Source: Thermoanaerobaculia bacterium
GTDB taxonomy: Bacteria > Acidobacteriota > Thermoanaerobaculia > Multivoradales > Multivoraceae
DNA: 64,000 nt
Direction: 5' to 3'
Assembly (NCBI GenBank): GCA_963664405.1
Contig: OY761158.1
Location: 4,608,001 to 4,672,000 of the forward strand
The first letter of the stretch is position 1, and each line of letters starts with the position of its first letter. Shown here piece by piece: positions 9,564-20,187 of the stretch. Made by a program: the position numbers and the translations under genes. The notes beneath the pieces were generated by a model. The model was not told the DNA's origin. It saw only the letters and a program-made list of their open reading frames with translations, and searched no databases.

Positions 9564-10884
9564 TCAGAGTCCGGGGCCCGGCCGCATAGGCGTGCCGTCG
9601 CTAAATCTCGCGAAGCGAAATCGATCGAGGTTGTGCATTGCCAGACGGCCTTGGATCATGTCGGCCATGACACGTCCGGCGCCTGGGCCAAAGCCAAACC
9701 CGTGGCCGCTGAATCCGGTCGCGGTGAACAAACCCGGGGCAACTTCGTCCATCACCGGGCCGACATCGGGCATCACGTCGATCATGCCCGCCCAAGCTTC
9801 TTCGATTCTGACGTTTGCCATGGCCGGAAAGCGGCTTTTGAATGCGGTCAGCATTTGGTCGACCGCTTGGTGGGCAGGCTCCGGGTTCAAGACGCGGACC
9901 TGCTCAAACGGAGTGGTCTGGTCGGGCTGCCACCGGCGCCTCGGCAGCATGCGGTCTTTCAGTCCGGGTGAAAATCTGAGTTTGAGCGATCGTGCGCTGG
10001 TGCGCAGGACGGGGAAAAATTTTCGCATATGGCGGAAGCTGTCGGCGCCGACAAAATGTTCGGTGATGCCGCCCGGCGCCAGCGTGTAACCGCCATCTTC
10101 GCGGCGCCGAAAAGCAAACTCGCCAGCCGAGGCGGCGCCGGCATAAATGTCGGGAGCCACAGTCGTGCGGGCGACGGTGGAGCGCACCGTCAACTGCGGC
10201 AGATTGAGCCCAAAGTTGCCAAGGAAAAGTGACGACCACGCGCAACAGCACGGCGTTGGTCTTGATTCGGCCGGACTCTGTGATCACGCCCGTGACTCGG
10301 CCGGCTTCGACGTCGATCGCGCGAACCGCACAGGCTTCGCGAACCGTGGCGCCACGTTTCTGCAAGCCGCGCGCGAGCGCGGGCACCGCGACAAATGGCT
10401 CGGCCCTGCCGTCGCTGGGGGTGAAGAGCGCGCCATGCCACTGACCGGAATTGTCGGTGATCAACTCGTCGACCTGAGTTCCGGTCAACATTTGACTGTC
10501 CAATTGGTGTTGGCGGGCGATGTCCAACCAAGATTCCAGACGCGCGAGTTCGTCGTCATTCTTCGCCAGGTACATGACCCCGCGACGGGTGAAGCCGATG
10601 TCGTCGTCGAGTTCGCTCGCGATGGATTCCCAGGCGTTGATACTATCGATTGCGATGGGCAACTCATCTGCGTCGCGACCTTGTTGGCGGATCCACCCCC
10701 AGTTGCGGCTCGACTGTTCGCCGGCGACGCGGCCTTTGTCGCAGACGACGACGGTTAACCCAGCTTTGAGCAAAAACCAAGCTGTGGAAACTCCAATCAC
10801 GCCGGCGCCGACGATGACGACGTCGGCAGCATCTGGCAGCGCATCCTGAAACGTGACCGGACTTTGGTCGTTGGCGACGGGCAT
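9564..10884 (-). pseudogene. FAD-dependent oxidoreductase (DAO/glycine oxidase family), frameshift near 10235
   Basis: GAGVIG, EQSSRNWGWIR in one frame; AWAGMID, GFSGHGFG in another; small deletion in the expected LAGGAWS. Confidence 0.85.
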
Positions 10885-10975
10885 GGGGTTCCGTAAGCTC
10901 CTTGAATCGGGTACGCGGCGAGTTTACGCCCGCCTGAACGTCAAAGGGAAAAGAAGAGATAAGGAGAAGCAACCC

Positions 10976-11836
10976 ATGAGATTTGGAATCAGCCTGCCGA
11001 ACAATCACGGCGCGTCCATACAAGACATCGTGGCGCTCGCGGCCGCTGCCGAGTCGATGGGTTTTCGGTCCGTCTGGGTCAGCGAACACTTGTTTCACGC
11101 CAGTTACGTTGCGGAACGCCTAGGCACGCGTCCGTATCACGAAGCGTTGACCGTATTGACGGCTGTCGCCGCCGCGACGTCGGACGTGCGTCTGGGCACC
11201 TCCGTGTTGGTGCTGCCGTGGCACCATCCCGTGCGGCTGGCCAAGCAGATCGCCAGTTTGGATGTCATGTCGAACGGCCGGGTGACGCTGGGCGTCGGCG
11301 TCGCGCAGACCGAGGATGAGTACGCCAACTTGAACGTGCCGTTCAAAAAACGTGGCCGGATCGCCGATGAAATCTTGGATGCGATGCAGTGTCTGTGGAG
11401 CGAAGACCTACCGGAATTTGAGGGCGAATTTTTCCAGTTCAGCGGGCTCGCGTTCGAGCCGAAACCACTACAGACGCCGTTGCCGTTGCTGGTGGGCGGA
11501 AACTCCGATCGCGCGATACGACGTGTGGACGAAAAAGGCACCGGCTGGCACGGTCTGAGCCAGTCCCCCGCCGACACCCGCTTGGTGATCGACAAGATTG
11601 CGGACAGCGGCAAGGAGATCTCCATTCGTTCGATGGTGGATCTCGTTGACGAGCCTTGGGATAGACCCGTCGATCAGCGTCGAACGATGAAAGGCACCCC
11701 GGAAGAACTTCGTGAAATGGTCGGTCGCTATGCCGACGCTGGAGTGCACGAAATTGTGATCGACGCGAATACGCACGACTGCGCCGCGGCGCGACAAACT
11801 TTCGAACGTTTCGTGACCGAAGTCGTGAACGCCTAG
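10976..11836 (+). CDS. LLM-class (F420-dependent-like) oxidoreductase
   Basis: MRFGISLP, SVWVSEH, RLGTSVLVLP, LDVMSNGRV, PKPLQTP; AAGGAG RBS. Confidence 0.9.
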   Translation: MRFGISLPNNHGASIQDIVALAAAAESMGFRSVWVSEHLFHASYVAERLGTRPYHEALTVLTAVAAATSDVRLGTSVLVLPWHHPVRLAKQIASLDVMSNGRVTLGVGVAQTEDEYANLNVPFKKRGRIADEILDAMQCLWSEDLPEFEGEFFQFSGLAFEPKPLQTPLPLLVGGNSDRAIRRVDEKGTGWHGLSQSPADTRLVIDKIADSGKEISIRSMVDLVDEPWDRPVDQRRTMKGTPEELREMVGRYADAGVHEIVIDANTHDCAAARQTFERFVTEVVNA

Positions 11837-11867
11837 CCGCTGCCCGGGGGTCGAGCAGGGTCCTGCC

Positions 11868-13214
11868 GTGGTGCACAATGATACGTCGCAGGGCGACCAC
11901 TTGGTGCCGTTGGACCTGATGCAAACGACGGGACGAGAACGAATCACCGTCATTGTGTGCATGTACATCGGCTACTTGATGCTGATGTTTTGCAGGACGG
12001 CTTTTACGACGGTGAGTCCGGCGCTCGTCGAAGACCCGGGACTGTTTTTGACGAACACGCATATTGGGGACATTCTCGGCTACGCGGCCCTCGGCAGTCT
12101 GGCGGGTAAGCTGCTCACCGGCTTCGTCGCGGACCGCTTTGGAGGGCGACTGACACTCCTGCTGTCGTTGGCAGTGGTGGCTTCGTTGACCCTGGCCATG
12201 GGCTACTTGGCTAGCTTCTTCGCCTTCGCGCTCTTCGTTTTTTGTCTCCAATTGGTGCGCGCTGGCGGCTGGCCGGCCCTCACCAAGCTGATCGGCCAGT
12301 GGATCCCTCCGGCTAGCTACGGGCGCGCCTGGGGGATTCTCTCGACCGCTTCGCGTGCCGGTGTCGTGATCTCCTCGCTGGTACTCGGACTACTCCTCAT
12401 CTACGCCCTCGGCGATGTCAATCAGGACACGCTCGTTGCCGAATATCCAGGCGGCTGGCGCTGGGTGCCGATTACAGCGGGGTGCGTGGGCTTGCTGGCG
12501 GTGCTTGGTCTGTGGGCGGTGTTCCCGAAGCGGCCCACGTCAGCCCTACCCAAAGCTGAGGAGCGCAAGCCGTTGAACCTTCTCGCCACGCTACGCTTCT
12601 TCGCCGGAGCCGACCGCTTCTGGCTCGTCTGCGCGAGCCTCATGTGCACCACGATGCTCATGGCGCTGGTCAGTTTCACCGGGCTCTACCTGGCGCAAAC
12701 CTTCGAGGTTTCAGCCGGCAAGGCTGCGACTGCAGCCACGGTGTTTCCGTTCGGTTGCCTGATCGCCGTGTTGCTCGTGGGCCTCATCTACGACCGCCTG
12801 ACCCGCAAGCAGCGCACTTATTTTGTGGGAGCGAGCCTGGTCGTGGGGTGTCTATGTATTGCAGGGTTGATCTGGATCACTGACGCGCCCTACGACTCGA
12901 CTCTCCGATTCAGGGTGGCGCTAGCGTTGATCCTTTTCTTCGGGGTCTGTGTCGCCCCTGCTTATTACTTGCCGATGAGCGTGTTCTCCGTTGAGTTTGG
13001 TGGCGTTCGCTCCGGGGTCCTCGTCGGGTTTATCGACGCGACAGGCTACGCTGCGGAGGCTGTCTTCATGCCTTACGCAGGGCGTCTTGCGGATCAGCCG
13101 GGAGGGTGGAGTCACTTCATGTGGCTCTTGTTCGTGATTGCGTGCGTCGGGCTCGTCTCCACAATCATGTTCCTCCATCGGGACCACCGCGCTCACCAGC
13201 GTCCTGGCGATTAG
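11868..13214 (+). CDS. MFS transporter (GlpT/UhpC-like)
   Basis: About 12 hydrophobic segments, GFVADRFGGR motif A. Confidence 0.88.
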   Translation: MVHNDTSQGDHLVPLDLMQTTGRERITVIVCMYIGYLMLMFCRTAFTTVSPALVEDPGLFLTNTHIGDILGYAALGSLAGKLLTGFVADRFGGRLTLLLSLAVVASLTLAMGYLASFFAFALFVFCLQLVRAGGWPALTKLIGQWIPPASYGRAWGILSTASRAGVVISSLVLGLLLIYALGDVNQDTLVAEYPGGWRWVPITAGCVGLLAVLGLWAVFPKRPTSALPKAEERKPLNLLATLRFFAGADRFWLVCASLMCTTMLMALVSFTGLYLAQTFEVSAGKAATAATVFPFGCLIAVLLVGLIYDRLTRKQRTYFVGASLVVGCLCIAGLIWITDAPYDSTLRFRVALALILFFGVCVAPAYYLPMSVFSVEFGGVRSGVLVGFIDATGYAAEAVFMPYAGRLADQPGGWSHFMWLLFVIACVGLVSTIMFLHRDHRAHQRPGD

Positions 13215-14042
13215 CGACGCAAAGGAACGTCGTTTTCCGTCGCAAACCTCCCCTGCTGAACACCGAAGTCTTCCTGCAATTGGATCGACAGACCACCGTC
13301 CACCACCAGGGCGTGCCCAGTGATGAACGAGGCTTCCGCCGACGCCAGGAATGCGACGGCGGCGGCGATGTCTGCGGGCGCGCCGAGCCGGCGTACCGGG
13401 TACTGGTTCTCGTAGAAAGGTACAGCGGCGGGCGAAGCCTCCCAGCGTTGAGCCGCGCGTTCGGTGACGACGTGGCCGGGACAGATCGCGTTGACTCGTA
13501 CGCCTTCGGCACCAAAATCGATGGCCATCTGTTTGGTCATTCCGATGACCGCTGACTTGGCTGTTTCGTAGACCAGATTTCTGGCTGCCATCAAGAGCCC
13601 TTGCACGGACGCCATGTTGACTATGGCGCCGCCGCCGGAGTCGACCATCAGCGGGACCGCGAACTTTTGCACCTAGAAACAATGCTTTGGTCATGACCGC
13701 CATGCCTTCGTCCCAGCCGGCTTCTGCGACTTCCACGGCCGTGCCGCGCACGGAATTTCTGGGCACGCCCCAAGCGTTCTGTACCAGGATATCGAGGCGG
13801 CCGAATTCGCGGCGCGCAACCTCCACCATCTGCTTGATGTCATCGGCGTTGATCATGTCGGCGTGCACGGCGATGGCCGCGCCGCCCGCGCGCTCGATGC
13901 GTTGAACGTTTTCGCGGGCGGCGTCGATGGCGAGGTCGGCAATGATGACCGCGGCGCCGTCCGCGGCGAGTCGGCGCGAGGTCTCACCGCCGATACCGAG
14001 TGCGCCGCCGGTGACGATGGCAACCTGATTTTCGAAACTCGA
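13211..14042 (-). pseudogene. SDR oxidoreductase, frameshift near 13672, start replaced by nitronate monooxygenase N-terminus
   Basis: VAIVTGGALGIG in one frame; YETAK, VNAICPG, VDGG in another. Confidence 0.85.
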
Positions 14043-14144
14043 CGGTCCTGCGCCCCCGGCAACCGGGCCCATTCCGGCCAGGATGATCGGGTACTCGATA
14101 TTGAACATGTCGCATAAGGCGGTGCGAAGAACGGTCTTGTCCCT
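14043..14144 (-). pseudogene. Nitronate monooxygenase N-terminal fragment
   Basis: LRTALCDMFNIEYPIILAGMG matches the family N-terminus; upstream GGAGG; same strand as the C-terminal part at 7200-8022. Confidence 0.75.
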
Positions 14145-14194
14145 GATCCCCTCCGTAGGTCTCTTGGAGTTATGTGCGGAGCCGAAAATCGACT

Positions 14195-15814
14195 TTATCT
14201 CAGGCGGATGCGCGAGCGATCCTGGGTGTCGCCAAGCAACGCCGTGGCGGCTTCGAGCGGCAACTCCCAGGCAGCTGCTTCGCGATCATTGCGCACCAGC
14301 AGGACTCGCCCGGCGATCGCAAAAGGGTTCCAGGCTTTCCCTCTCAGGGCGGTGAACCTGCCGAGCTCCTCGTGCTCCTCAGGGTTGGGGGAGATCATCA
14401 CCATGTCCCCCTTCTCGGTCTGCACCAGGAGCAGATCCCCCACCAGGAGGATGTTGCCGTGTCCGTAGCGACCGCGCTTCCACCGTCGTTCCCCGGTCTC
14501 GGGATCGAGGCAGATCAGCACTCCGTCATCCAGACCGTAGATCGAGCCCTGGTGGATCACCAGGTTGGTGAACTTGGCTTTGAGGCGCGGGCTCTCCCAG
14601 AGAAGCGTGACCTCGAAGTCGCCGCCGCCGGTACTCGTGACTCGCAGCATCTTGCTGCCGATTCCATAGCCGGTCGAGAAAAGAACTCGCTCGTCGTCGA
14701 CCACAACAGGGGACGAAACGTTGGGAAAATCCTTCGGCCACGGATGCTGCCAGAGGACTCGGCCGTCCTCGGGGGCATGCGCTGCAACCGTGGCCTGGTT
14801 GAAGCTCAGGATCTGGCGGCGTCCGGCGAGGGTGGCGAGTGTCGGTGAGCCGTAACCGGATTGGTCGCTGCCGCCGTGCCACTCGAGTCCCCCGGTCTCT
14901 TGGTCGAAGGCGACGAGGGAGTGCCCGTTGGGGCCGCCGGCGCTGACCACGACAAGATCGCCTACGAGAAGTGGAGAGCTCGTTTTTCCGTGCTCGGGGA
15001 TGTCGACCGCGTGCTCACGCACGACATCATGCTGCCAGAGCAGCGCTCCCGAGCGGGGATCGAGCGCTTTCAGAAACCCGGAGGCTCCGTAACTAAAAAC
15101 GCGGGTTGGCGAAAGAGTCGGCGTAGCCCGGGGTCCCGGACCGGCCATCGGGTTGGAGAAGTAGGCCGTGTCGGCATGGGTCCAAAGCTCTGTACCGGTC
15201 GCCAATTCATAGGCGACAACTACCTCCTCTTCGCCTCTCTGCTCCATCGTGATAGCAATCTCGTCGGCGATGCTGAAACCGGACCATCCTGCTCCTACCT
15301 TTCGCTTCCACATCAGGCGCGGAGGGTGAGCCTCCCAGTTCGGTTCCAGACGAGCTCCGCGGATGATCGAGTCTCCGTTGGCGCCGAGAAAGCGGGGAAA
15401 GGAGTCGGTAGTCTCGATAACAAGTGGCTCTCCTGTCGACCCAGGGGGAGCCGCTTCGGTGGAGCCTGTACCCCAGTCATCTCGGCTGGCAAAGCGCCAC
15501 TCCATGACCAGGTACCAATCGCCGGTGAGACCGCGCACGCGTACCAGAGTGAAGAACAGGAAGGCGATGGCCGCGAGAACCATAACGGGAAACCATCTCT
15601 TCCGGCCTTTCCGGCCCGAGAAGAAGACCCACCAGCCGAGAGCCGCAGAGGAGAAGAGCAGGACACAAGCGTAGGTCAGCATGACCTGCCACTGGCGAAT
15701 ATGGCCACTCCAGAGCCACAGCCAGGCGAGAAATACTAGGGCCGGAGTCGCGAGCCACGCGAGAGGCCGGAGATTCGTTGGGCGGTCCCTTCCCCCGCTG
15801 GACGCAGATACCAT
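14195..15814 (-). CDS. Membrane-anchored PQQ-like beta-propeller (BamB-like) protein
   Basis: Three N-terminal TM segments, FPRFLG, repeated TGxxxW propeller motifs. Confidence 0.85.
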   Translation of the reverse strand: MVSASSGGRDRPTNLRPLAWLATPALVFLAWLWLWSGHIRQWQVMLTYACVLLFSSAALGWWVFFSGRKGRKRWFPVMVLAAIAFLFFTLVRVRGLTGDWYLVMEWRFASRDDWGTGSTEAAPPGSTGEPLVIETTDSFPRFLGANGDSIIRGARLEPNWEAHPPRLMWKRKVGAGWSGFSIADEIAITMEQRGEEEVVVAYELATGTELWTHADTAYFSNPMAGPGPRATPTLSPTRVFSYGASGFLKALDPRSGALLWQHDVVREHAVDIPEHGKTSSPLLVGDLVVVSAGGPNGHSLVAFDQETGGLEWHGGSDQSGYGSPTLATLAGRRQILSFNQATVAAHAPEDGRVLWQHPWPKDFPNVSSPVVVDDERVLFSTGYGIGSKMLRVTSTGGGDFEVTLLWESPRLKAKFTNLVIHQGSIYGLDDGVLICLDPETGERRWKRGRYGHGNILLVGDLLLVQTEKGDMVMISPNPEEHEELGRFTALRGKAWNPFAIAGRVLLVRNDREAAAWELPLEAATALLGDTQDRSRIRLR

Positions 15815-15822
15815 GGCAGAGC

Positions 15823-16653
15823 TCAGCGCTCTGTTATGACGGCTTCGAGTACCGCGTCCAGTTCAGGCTCGGTGATGTTTTTGAACGATGAGAGTCGTCG
15901 ATAAACCTCCGCGGCGGCTAGATGAAAGCCTGCCGGGAGGCTCGCGGCGTCGAACGTCGCCGCGATCTCTTCCATCTCTCCTGCAAAGCGCCATGCCTTG
16001 GGTGCGTTGTTTACGGCACTGGACTTGGAGCGCTGCTCGAGCCCCGGAATAGAGAGGCCCCACTCGTCGAGAAGGGGCCCCTCGACCCCTCGCCCGCGGG
16101 CGAGAGCGCGGATTGCGATCAGTAGAGCCGAGCTCCCTTTGGTGTAGGCGGCGTAGCACATCTTGAGGGTCGAGGCCGCCGGTGAGTCGGCGGAGAGCGC
16201 AACGGCAGCTAGGGTCGAGCCGGCGAAAATCTCCGCTACGCGAGGTGACGAATCGCCTGCCAGATAGAGTCGCGTGGTGCCGTGGCTGCGGGCGGGAGGA
16301 CCGATGATCCCGCCATCGACGAAACTTGCTCCTCCGTCCTCCACTGTGCTGCGGATCTGTTCGGCGGTGCTGGGAGAGATCGCGTTCGCGTCGACGAAGA
16401 TCCCGGTGAAGCTCTGCGCGGCGATGCTCTGAGCCAGCGCTAGCGAGGCGTCAGGAGGGCATACGGAAATCACGATCTCGCACTGCTCGCAGAGGGTCAC
16501 AAGATCTCCTGCGTCGGTTAGCCCTGCGAGCTCTGCCCGCTCCCGCGTCGCCGCACTGCGCCCGTCCGAGGCCCAGAGCACCTCGGTTCGGTTGCTGGCG
16601 GCGTTGCCGAGGCTGGCGCCCATCTGACCTGGATGAAGGAGTCCGATTGGCAT
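15823..16653 (-). CDS. NAD(P)-dependent oxidoreductase (DUF1932/6PGD-like)
   Basis: IGLLHPGQMG, DANAISP, VDGGIIGPP, KAWRFAGEMEEIA. Confidence 0.85.
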   Translation of the reverse strand: MPIGLLHPGQMGASLGNAASNRTEVLWASDGRSAATRERAELAGLTDAGDLVTLCEQCEIVISVCPPDASLALAQSIAAQSFTGIFVDANAISPSTAEQIRSTVEDGGASFVDGGIIGPPARSHGTTRLYLAGDSSPRVAEIFAGSTLAAVALSADSPAASTLKMCYAAYTKGSSALLIAIRALARGRGVEGPLLDEWGLSIPGLEQRSKSSAVNNAPKAWRFAGEMEEIAATFDAASLPAGFHLAAAEVYRRLSSFKNITEPELDAVLEAVITER

Positions 16654-16699
16654 GTCGGGTAGTCTAGCGGGTCTTGGAGCTTGAGAACCGGAGACGAAA

Positions 16700-17479
16700 A
16701 TGACCAGACTCAGCAAACTCAGTAGATCTGTCGAGGGAAAGATCGTGATCGTGACCGGCGCCGCCAGCGGCATGGGAAGGGCGACGGCTCATCTTTTTGC
16801 CGACGAAGGTGCCAGGGTCGCCGTGACCGACCTCAATGCTGAAGGCGTCGAAGAAGTGACCCAAGAGATCGAGGCGTCGGGCGGTTCTGCACGCGGTTGG
16901 GCGCTTGACGTTGCCGACGGCGACGCGATTCGGGCGGTGGTAGCCGAGGTAGTCCAGGCCTTCGGAGGCCTCGACATCGTCATAAACAATGCCGGTATCT
17001 CGCTCGGCACCACGATTGACGGCGACGACTACGAAGAGCGGTGGGATCGCGTGTTCCGGGTTCTTTTGAGGGCTCATCCGATGCTCATTCGCGCGGCCTT
17101 GCCCCATTTGCGTCAGTCCGAGTCTCCTCGCATCATCAACATTGCGTCTACCGAAGGGCTTGGCGCTACCGCGCGCAACAGCTCCTACGCCGCCGCGAAG
17201 CACGGGGTAGTCGGACTGACCCGGGCGCTGGCAGTCGAGCTCGGCAAGGAAGGGATTACGGTCAATTGCATCTGTCCGGGACCTATCCGTACCGGTATGA
17301 CCGAGAGAGTGCCGGAGGAGGCGAAGCTGGAGTATGCACGAAGGCGTACGGCGCTACGTCGCTACGGCGATCCCGAGGAGGTTGCACAGATGACACTGAG
17401 CCTGGCGTTGCCGGCGGCGTCCTTTGTAACCGGCGTTGCATTGCCGGTGGATGGAGGTCTTACGGTACGTCGGTCCTAG
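16700..17479 (+). CDS. SDR oxidoreductase
   Basis: TGAASGMG, NNAG, YAAAK, VDGG. Confidence 0.92.
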   Translation: MTRLSKLSRSVEGKIVIVTGAASGMGRATAHLFADEGARVAVTDLNAEGVEEVTQEIEASGGSARGWALDVADGDAIRAVVAEVVQAFGGLDIVINNAGISLGTTIDGDDYEERWDRVFRVLLRAHPMLIRAALPHLRQSESPRIINIASTEGLGATARNSSYAAAKHGVVGLTRALAVELGKEGITVNCICPGPIRTGMTERVPEEAKLEYARRRTALRRYGDPEEVAQMTLSLALPAASFVTGVALPVDGGLTVRRS

Positions 17480-17500
17480 CCGGCCGTTCCGAGAGACTCT

Positions 17501-17914
17501 CTAGCGGCCGGCGGGGGCGATACTGAGAACGCTGCCGTCGAGCTCGGCGCCCAGCTGGTGGGTCTTGAGGATCACTGCCAGGGCTTGATCGAGAGCAACG
17601 TCGTGCAGCTCGGCCGTAACGGTGCCCTTCACGCGAGGGTCGATCACGAGGTTGATCTCGGTCAGCTTGGCGAAAGAGCGAAGGACTTCGACGAGATCGG
17701 CGTCCTTGAGGCTGAGGCTGATCTTTTCGCCCTGCCAAAGGCGCTGCTGCGGCGGAGAAATGTAGAGCAGAGGGGCTCGGGCCCTGATTGTCGTTGGGCT
17801 CGTCTTTTGCTCTTCGCTGGTGCCGGGCTGCCGGGCCAGGGGGGCCTGGGCGATTGTGCCGGCCGACATAGCCGTCAGCGAAAGAACTGCCAACAGTGAC
17901 ACTCGCGGCTTCAC
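17501..17914 (-). CDS. Secreted stand-alone STN (secretin/TonB N-terminal) domain protein
   Basis: Signal peptide followed by ISLSLKDADLVEVLR...NLVIDPRVKGTVT...DQALAVIL, PilQ-like. Confidence 0.7.
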   Translation of the reverse strand: MKPRVSLLAVLSLTAMSAGTIAQAPLARQPGTSEEQKTSPTTIRARAPLLYISPPQQRLWQGEKISLSLKDADLVEVLRSFAKLTEINLVIDPRVKGTVTAELHDVALDQALAVILKTHQLGAELDGSVLSIAPAGR

Positions 17915-17925
17915 GACGATAGATT

Positions 17926-18243
17926 CTAGCCGATCGCCAGAGTGCCGAGAGCGTTGCGCTGAACGCCTGCTTCATCGAAGTTCCCCGGATCGAGCCACTT
18001 CTTCATGGCGGCTTTGAGCGCCGGCCACTCCGCGTCGGTGATCGAGTACCAGGCGGTGTCCCGGTTGCGACCCTTGTACACACTGGCCTGACGGAAGATC
18101 CCTTCGAAGCGGAAACCGAGCCGTTCAGCGGCTCGACGGGAGCGGGCGTTCAACGCATCGCACTTCCACTCGTAGCGCCGATAGCCGAGCTCGTCGAAGA
18201 CTCGCCTCATCATCAGGTACATGGCCTCTGTCGCTCCGGGGAG
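17926..18243 (-). pseudogene. GNAT (RimJ/RimL-like) acetyltransferase, 5'-truncated
   Basis: ATEAMYL...GYRRYEWKCDALN...GRNRDTAWYSI is the C-terminal half only. Confidence 0.8.
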
Positions 18244-18273
18244 TCCGTAGCGGGCTATGCGTTCGTATCATTC

Positions 18274-18465
18274 ATGGAAATGAAGGGTTTCCCGCATCTT
18301 TTCATGGGAGCGATCGCGGTTGCGGTTGCAGGAGTGGCGATAGCGGGTGACCCGCCGGTTTTTAGCCATGAAGACTGGACGGCCGTCCTCGAGCGCTTCG
18401 TCGACGACAAGGGATTCGTGGACTATCGTGCCCTGTTGAGTGACCGCGTTACTTTTGACCGTTAG
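18274..18465 (+). pseudogene. DUF547-like secreted protein, N-terminal fragment
   Basis: Signal peptide plus HEDWTAVLERFVDDKGFVDY, then stop at residue 63. Confidence 0.65.
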
Positions 18466-18474
18466 CATGCACTA

Positions 18475-20187
18475 GTGATTGCTCCACGCGCGCGGCCGCT
18501 CCTGTTCGGAGTGGCCTTGCTCCCCTGGGTCGCCGCCCTCATCTCCTGCTGGCCGCTTCTCGTCAGCGGGTTTCCTCGAGGTCATGACTGGCCGTTCGAG
18601 CTGGTGCGGGTGGCGGAGTACCAGGCGGCGCTGTTGTCCGGGCAGCTTCCACCCGCGTGGGCCGAAAACCTCTATGGGGGCTATGGCTCGCCGGTATTCC
18701 TTTTTTACGCGCCGCTCTTCGCCGCCGGCGCATCGCTCTGCGGTTGGTTGCTTGGGTCGGTGGCGGGCGGCGCGAGTGCCTGCCTGATTTTGCTGACTGC
18801 CATCTCTGTTTGGACCGCCAGGGGGATGTTGAGCGCTGCAGCCAGTGCCGGGGCACCGGGGCGAGAGGCGGCACCTGGGGCGGTCTCTGCGGCGCGCATG
18901 GGGGTTTGTGTGCTCGTATTGCACCCCTATCTTCTCGGCGACAAGCTGTTGCGCAATGCCAACTCGGAGTTCGCGGCTCTGTGCCTGATCCCTCTGGTGC
19001 TGTGGGGAGTTCTGTGCGCCGACTCACGACCCCGCAGGGCCTTCGCCCTGCTCTCCGGGGGGCTCGCTCTTTCGATCCTGGCTCACAACCTGATGGCGCT
19101 GGTGGCCCTCGGCCTTGCTCTTGCAGCCGCTCTCATCGTTTACCTCTCGCCCCGTCGGCCCGGCGTCGTTTGGATCGTCGCCGGCGGCATTGGTTTTGGG
19201 CTGGCGCTCGCGGGCTTCTTCTGGATCCCGGCGCTCGCTCTTCTGTCCGAGGTCCGGAGCGAAGAGCTGCTGCAGGGGCAGTTCGACTTCCATCGCCAGT
19301 TCAAACCGCTGGTGTCGATGTTCGGCTATGGGGAGTTCTTCGCCTCGGGCTGGTTGACTCCAGCTGCCCTTCTTTTCGCCGTCTTTGCCGCTCTTCGGCG
19401 CCGTCGACCGTCGGCTCGCGCCGCGCGTCTCCTCGCCGGCTGTCTGATCGCGGCTTTTCTCTTCATGTTCTTGCTCAGCCCAGCGAGCTCGTGGCTTTGG
19501 GAGACCGCTCCCTTTCTCCCACTCTTCCAGTTTCCTTGGCGGATGGCGGGGCCACTTGCGCTGGTGGCAGCCCTCGCTTCGACCCTCGGAGCGACAAGCT
19601 TGCTGTTCGGTGCCAGCGATTGGAGGCGCGCACTCGCGGAGGTTGTCGTCTTCGCCCTTTGCGTGGTGAATGCGTGGCCGCAGCTGAGTCGATACGCGGC
19701 GTTGAGCCCGGAGTACAGGGCTCGCCCCGAAACCTGGCTGGCGCCGGAAACGATCCGCCGCGGTAGACAGTCGGTCACTGTCGGTGATGAATACCTGCCA
19801 CGCGGCGCGAGCCCCCGGGTGTGGTTGGAGGAGCGACCGCAGCAGGGTCCCATCGTCGCGATATCGGGCGCCGCCGATGCGCGCATCGAGGAGGATCGCG
19901 GAACACGAATGGTTTTTTTCGTGCGCAGCGAGGCCGGATCCCGTTTGCGGTTGGCTCGATGGTCTTTCCCCGGCTGGAGGATGCGACTCGATGGCGTGCC
20001 GGCCGAGATCTCCTCCGGCACTCTCGGCTCGATCGAGTTGGAGGTGCCGGCCGGCGAGACGCGGGTCGAGTTGGTCTACCGGCCGCCGCGAGTACGTACG
20101 ATTGCACTGGCCTCGAGTGGTCTCGCCTTCCTGCTCTGGATCGCGCTGCTGCGTTTCTGGCCGACCAAGCTACCTTCGCCTCGCTAG
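18475..20187 (+). CDS. Polytopic membrane protein, PTPS-related/YfhO-like (putative GT-C glycosyltransferase)
   Basis: GHDW, GYGSPVFLFYAPL, FQFPWR, FPGWR motifs; many TM helices. Confidence 0.8.
   Translation: MIAPRARPLLFGVALLPWVAALISCWPLLVSGFPRGHDWPFELVRVAEYQAALLSGQLPPAWAENLYGGYGSPVFLFYAPLFAAGASLCGWLLGSVAGGASACLILLTAISVWTARGMLSAAASAGAPGREAAPGAVSAARMGVCVLVLHPYLLGDKLLRNANSEFAALCLIPLVLWGVLCADSRPRRAFALLSGGLALSILAHNLMALVALGLALAAALIVYLSPRRPGVVWIVAGGIGFGLALAGFFWIPALALLSEVRSEELLQGQFDFHRQFKPLVSMFGYGEFFASGWLTPAALLFAVFAALRRRRPSARAARLLAGCLIAAFLFMFLLSPASSWLWETAPFLPLFQFPWRMAGPLALVAALASTLGATSLLFGASDWRRALAEVVVFALCVVNAWPQLSRYAALSPEYRARPETWLAPETIRRGRQSVTVGDEYLPRGASPRVWLEERPQQGPIVAISGAADARIEEDRGTRMVFFVRSEAGSRLRLARWSFPGWRMRLDGVPAEISSGTLGSIELEVPAGETRVELVYRPPRVRTIALASSGLAFLLWIALLRFWPTKLPSPR

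Noticed and set aside
9540-9566. GGTTCGAATC tRNA T-loop-like motif
   Set aside because: No acceptor, D or anticodon stems; it overlaps the DAO stop codon
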